From assembly GCA_963705305.1 (NCBI GenBank), contig OY970067.1, positions 3,488,001-3,552,000 on the forward strand: a stretch of DNA of 64,000 nucleotides. The letters are read 5' to 3'. This document shows positions 59,975-64,000 of this stretch, piece after piece. The DNA is from an uncultured Methylomirabilota bacterium (GTDB lineage: Bacteria; Methylomirabilota; Methylomirabilia; Methylomirabilales; 2-02-FULL-66-22). Made by a program: the position numbers and the translations under genes. Each line of letters begins with the position of its first letter. Position 1 is the stretch's first letter. The notes beneath the pieces are model-generated. The model did not search any database. It had not been told where the DNA came from and was given only the letters and a program-made list of their open reading frames with translations.

Positions 59975-61594
59975 ATGAGCACACTCGTGAAGCGGCGTCC
60001 CATCTTGCTGGTGATCATCCTGGCATTCGGCCTGGCAATCCCGGGGGCATTCGGTGTCTCAGGAGCGGTGGCGGGGCAGCCCGCGGGCGGGAAGACGCTG
60101 GTCATGGCGATGGATCAGTCGGATATGAAGACCCTCGACCCCGGCCGCCAGTTCGAGTTCGCCGGGGAGTTCATCAACCTCAACTGCTATGACACGCTCG
60201 TGGCGCACAAAAGCCCGACGGACCTCACGACGTTCGTCCCCCTCATTGCGACCTCCTGGAGCATATCCAAGGATGGGAAGGAATATACCTTCAAGCTGCG
60301 GAAAGATGTGAAGTTCGTCAGCGGGAATCCGCTCACCGCTGAAGATATTCGATTCAGCCTCATGCGCCTCAAGAATCTGAAGGGGAACGCGAGCTGGATG
60401 ATGGATCCCCTGAAAGAGGTCCAGGTCATTGATCCGTATACGGTGAAGACAATCCTGAACGAGCCGTTCGGCGACTGGCTTCCGATGCTGGCAGGGCCGA
60501 ATGCGTCGATCCTGGACTCGAAGGAGGCCCGCGCGCACGGGGCCAGCGATGCGCCGACAGCGGACAAGGACGACAAGGCGGAGGAGTGGCTGAACCAGAA
60601 TTCGGCGGGGAGCGGGCCATTCGTCCTGACGGGCTGGCTCCGGAGCACCGGGATCACGCTGGAGCGGAACCCCCACTACTGGCGGGGGCCCGCGCAGATC
60701 GCCAAGGTAGACATCCGGGACGTCGCCTCGCCTTCGACGCAAAAGCTCCAGGTCGAGAACGGGGACGTGGACGTCGCGCTGAACATCACCCCCGACATCG
60801 TCGCGACGATGCGGGGCGAGAAGAACATCAAGATTGTCTCCGGCCAGTCCCTCGACATGATGTACATGGGGCTGACCGTGGATCCGCAGATTCATCCCCA
60901 ATTGGCCAAGAAGGAGGTCCGGCAGGCGATCCGGGCCGCCATCGACTACGATGGGATTCTTGCCCTGACCAATAATCAGGCGGTGCGCGGACCGGTACCG
61001 TACTCGGTCGGCCTCCTGGGCCTCTCGCAGGCGGATGCCGATCGGCTGGACCCGAGGCTGGATCTCGCCAAAGCCAAGGCACTCTTGGCAAAGGCGGGCG
61101 TGCCCAATGGCTTCAAGTTTCCGCTCCGGTACGGCACCGGGCCCTCCCCGGTCGGCGTTCCCTACGAGATGGTAGCCCAGAAGATCCAGGCGGACCTGAA
61201 GAAAGTTGGAATCGAGGTGGAACTCCTGCCCGATGAATTTGGTGTGATGATGACCAAGTACCGGGCGAAGACAGAAGCGGCAGTAATTGCGTACACGACC
61301 CCGGATTTTGTCGGGCCGTCGGACTGGGTGGGCCAGATGGTCCTCAATACGTGGGCTCCCCGCCTGCACTACGATAGTCCGAAGGCTAAACTGCTCGCCA
61401 ACCAAGGGAACAGCGAGGTCAATCCGAAGAAACGAAGTGAGTTGTATCAGGAGCTCATGAAGCTCTTGTTGGATGAGGGGCCGTACGTGATGCTGTTGCA
61501 GGGCAAGGTCCAGGTCGTCATGCGGCCGAACATCCAGGGGTATCAGTATTTCCCGGTCGGGTATGCGCGGCTCTGGTCGGTGGTGAAGAACTAA
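59975..61594 (+). CDS. ABC transporter substrate-binding protein, family 5 (DppA/DdpA-like)
   Basis: TLDP, YDTLV, YTFKLR..VKF.SG.PLTAED, GSGPF, VRQAI..AID. Confidence 0.9.
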   Translation: MSTLVKRRPILLVIILAFGLAIPGAFGVSGAVAGQPAGGKTLVMAMDQSDMKTLDPGRQFEFAGEFINLNCYDTLVAHKSPTDLTTFVPLIATSWSISKDGKEYTFKLRKDVKFVSGNPLTAEDIRFSLMRLKNLKGNASWMMDPLKEVQVIDPYTVKTILNEPFGDWLPMLAGPNASILDSKEARAHGASDAPTADKDDKAEEWLNQNSAGSGPFVLTGWLRSTGITLERNPHYWRGPAQIAKVDIRDVASPSTQKLQVENGDVDVALNITPDIVATMRGEKNIKIVSGQSLDMMYMGLTVDPQIHPQLAKKEVRQAIRAAIDYDGILALTNNQAVRGPVPYSVGLLGLSQADADRLDPRLDLAKAKALLAKAGVPNGFKFPLRYGTGPSPVGVPYEMVAQKIQADLKKVGIEVELLPDEFGVMMTKYRAKTEAAVIAYTTPDFVGPSDWVGQMVLNTWAPRLHYDSPKAKLLANQGNSEVNPKKRSELYQELMKLLLDEGPYVMLLQGKVQVVMRPNIQGYQYFPVGYARLWSVVKN

Positions 61595-61814
61595 AGGGTG
61601 ACCGGGTGAATCGTTGAGGGCTCATTCACCCCGGCTTGCCGCGGGGTAGTTGATTGCGGGCGGGAGGGGCCCCGAGGCTGTTTGGTGCAGGGGCGTCACA
61701 CGACCGACCTGATGCTCTGCGAGGTATCTGTGGCGTGTGGCGCCCTTGCTGCCCCACTGCTCCGCCCGAAGGCGAGGGGCTTATTTTCCCTGGAATGGAG
61801 ACGAGGGAGCTTCG

Positions 61815-62828
61815 GTGAGTCGATACATCGTACGACGCCTCGTTCTTATGGTCGTGGCAGCCCTGGGAGTGACGCTCATTTCCTTCGTCGTTTCCCACGC
61901 CGTCCCGGCCGATCCGGTTGTGTCCAATCTTGGGCAGATTGCCTCGCAACGTCCCGAGATCGTTCAGGCGTTTCGGGAGAGGTGGGGCCTCGACAAGCCG
62001 CTGTACGAGCAGTATATCGTGTTCGTTCGCAACCTCGCCCATGGCGAGTTCGGTATCTCCATCAACACGCGGCGACCGGTCCGGAAGGATCTCGCTCTGT
62101 TCCTGCCGGCAACCATAGAGCTGGCGACCGTCGCCGTTCTCCTTGCCTTAGTCCTGGGGGTCCCCCTCGGCATCTTCGCAGCCATCCGGCGCGATGGTCC
62201 CATAGACCATCTCGCCCGGCTGGTCTCGTTGGTTGGGGTCTCGATTCCGATCTTCTGGCTGGCGACCGTGTCGCTGGTACTCTTTTACGCCACGCTGCAC
62301 TGGACGGTCGGTCCGGGGCGGTTAGGGCCGCAGATGGAACGCCCAGAAATCGTGACGGGGTTCTTCACGATCGATAGTCTCCTGGCCGGGGACTTTGCCG
62401 CCTTTAGGGATGCCCTGGCGCACCTGATTCTTCCCGGTCTCGTCCTGGCCAGCTCCATCATGGGCCTTGTCACCCGGGTGACGCGATCCTCCATGCTGGA
62501 GGTACTCTCGCAGGACTACACACGGACCGCCAGGGCCAAAGGACTCTCAGAGCTTCGAGTGGTGGCTCGCCACGCGCTGCGCAATGCGCTCATTCCCACT
62601 GTCACGATCTTGGGGTTGGCATACGGCGGACTCCTGGCGGGGGCAGTCATGACCGAAACGATCTTCGCGTGGCCGGGACTCGGCCGCTACGCCTTCGAGT
62701 CCGTGATCACAAATGATTTCCCGAGCATTATGGGCGTGACGTTCGTGATTGGGATTATGTATGTGGCCGTCAACCTGTGCGTGGATCTTTTATACGGCTG
62801 GCTGGATCCCCGGATCTACTATTCATAG
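61815..62828 (+). CDS. ABC transporter permease (DppB-like)
   Basis: GLDKPL, PATIELA, TARAKGL EAA loop, ETIFAWPGLG, DPRI. Confidence 0.92.
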   Translation: MSRYIVRRLVLMVVAALGVTLISFVVSHAVPADPVVSNLGQIASQRPEIVQAFRERWGLDKPLYEQYIVFVRNLAHGEFGISINTRRPVRKDLALFLPATIELATVAVLLALVLGVPLGIFAAIRRDGPIDHLARLVSLVGVSIPIFWLATVSLVLFYATLHWTVGPGRLGPQMERPEIVTGFFTIDSLLAGDFAAFRDALAHLILPGLVLASSIMGLVTRVTRSSMLEVLSQDYTRTARAKGLSELRVVARHALRNALIPTVTILGLAYGGLLAGAVMTETIFAWPGLGRYAFESVITNDFPSIMGVTFVIGIMYVAVNLCVDLLYGWLDPRIYYS

Positions 62829-62830
62829 CC

Positions 62831-63748
62831 ATGATGACTGAGATCTCGACAGCGACGGGATCCACGACGGACACGAACATCTCCGAACAGGAATTCGCCG
62901 AACCGTCCGAGAGCGAATGGCGCCTGGTTGTGGGGCGGCTATCCCACAATCCCATGGCGGTGTCAGGTCTCCTCATTGTCCTGGCGTGGGCGCTGATCGC
63001 GGTATTCGCTCCCTGGATCGCCCCCTATAATCCGATCGGCCAAAATGTCCTGAACCGGCTTGCGCCGCCGTCAGTGCACCACTGGCTCGGCATGGATGAG
63101 CTGGGCCGTGATGTCTTCAGTCGTGTGCTCTACGGGGGCCGGGTCTCGCTTCCGGTTGCGGCCGTGGTCGTCATTCTGGCGTCATTGGCCGGGACCCTCT
63201 ACGGGGCGCTGGTCGGCTTTCTTGGCGGGTGGGCTGATGAGATCGGCATGCGGATCGTGGATATGGTGCTTTCGTTCCCGGCGCTCATTCTGGCCATGGC
63301 GATCGCAGCCGCTTTGGGTCCGAGCATCAGGAACTCGATGCTTGCGATGCTCTTAGTCTGGTGGCCACCGTATGCGCGATTGGTCCGCGGCCAAGTGCTC
63401 ACTCTGAAGGAGCACGACTTTGTCCCCGCCGCCCGCGCGCTGGGCATGTCGAATACGCGGATTCTTCTGCGCCATATCCTTCCGAATTCGCTTGCCCCCT
63501 CCTTGGTCCTGATGGCGATGGATTTCGGGAACGCGATTATCATCACGGCGGCCCTGTCTTTCCTCGGCCTCGGCGCCGTCCCGCCGACGCCGGAGTGGGG
63601 GGCGATGGTCTCTGAAGGGCGCGAGCTGATCCAGCAATGGTGGATTTCGACGTTCCCCGGCATTGCCATCCTGCTGGTGTCTATCGCGTTCAACTTTATC
63701 GGCGATGGATTGCGAGACGCAATGGATCCGCGGCTGCACCTGCGCTGA
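62831..63748 (+). CDS. ABC transporter permease (DppC-like)
   Basis: HWLGMDELGRD, AARALG, HILPN, LSFLGLG, PEWG, GDGLRDAMDP. Confidence 0.92.
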   Translation: MMTEISTATGSTTDTNISEQEFAEPSESEWRLVVGRLSHNPMAVSGLLIVLAWALIAVFAPWIAPYNPIGQNVLNRLAPPSVHHWLGMDELGRDVFSRVLYGGRVSLPVAAVVVILASLAGTLYGALVGFLGGWADEIGMRIVDMVLSFPALILAMAIAAALGPSIRNSMLAMLLVWWPPYARLVRGQVLTLKEHDFVPAARALGMSNTRILLRHILPNSLAPSLVLMAMDFGNAIIITAALSFLGLGAVPPTPEWGAMVSEGRELIQQWWISTFPGIAILLVSIAFNFIGDGLRDAMDPRLHLR

Positions 63749-64000
63749 CGGGGGCGGACTGGCCCGTTGGCGCGGCTCTAGGCAGGAGGTCGGAGCCTCC
63801 AGGGAGCGGAGTGGCTGTCGTTCTCAGTGGACCGAAATTCCCTCTGCGACCTGGTGAGGCGGGTGAAAGCAACGCAGGCGCTCACGGGTTCATCGCTTTT
63901 CTGGCTGGCCGGGTATGCGCCCTCCATGGCGGCCAGCGCTGGCGCGTTCCTCCGGACACGAAGTCGCCCCCGCCCCGGCGTGGACTGTTCACGGTGAGGA

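Noticed and set aside
48800..64000. attR duplicate of the tRNA-Glu 3' end or an integrase
   Set aside because: None found by eye within the window

Overview
This is a high-GC bacterial chromosome segment. Gene content and style suggest a Methylomirabilota/Rokubacteria-like or deltaproteobacterial lineage, which is inference only. The core region (1-48.9 kb) carries: the end of a liv-type ABC operon; a Wsp/ACF-class chemosensory operon whose MCP is frameshifted at a C7 run; clpB with a HAIR-like operator; tilS-hpt-ftsH; cdaA-cdaR-glmM-pdxJ-like-acpS-nnr-malic enzyme-tsaE; degP; two MFS transporters; an archaeal-type thymidylate synthase; tsaB-rimI; an rml plus split-arn cell-envelope cluster; an orphan sugar ABC ATPase; an intact IS1380-family element; gltX-greA-HD; and tRNA-Gln and tRNA-Glu. 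After tRNA-Glu a visibly lower-GC accessory region begins. It holds gene relics (SNF2 helicase, acyl-CoA dehydrogenase), a TRAP transporter, ndh, and an uncharacterised DeoR/aldolase/cupin/FGGY-kinase/TIM-barrel/family-5 ABC sugar-catabolic locus. The most notable items are a full-length PdxJ homologue lacking essentially all catalytic residues, a family of 7/8/9-nt unit arrays directly after stop codons, a CTAG-flanked MITE with nested GNA-triloop hairpins, and the unassigned sugar pathway. All calls come from reading the sequence and motifs; no searches were run.
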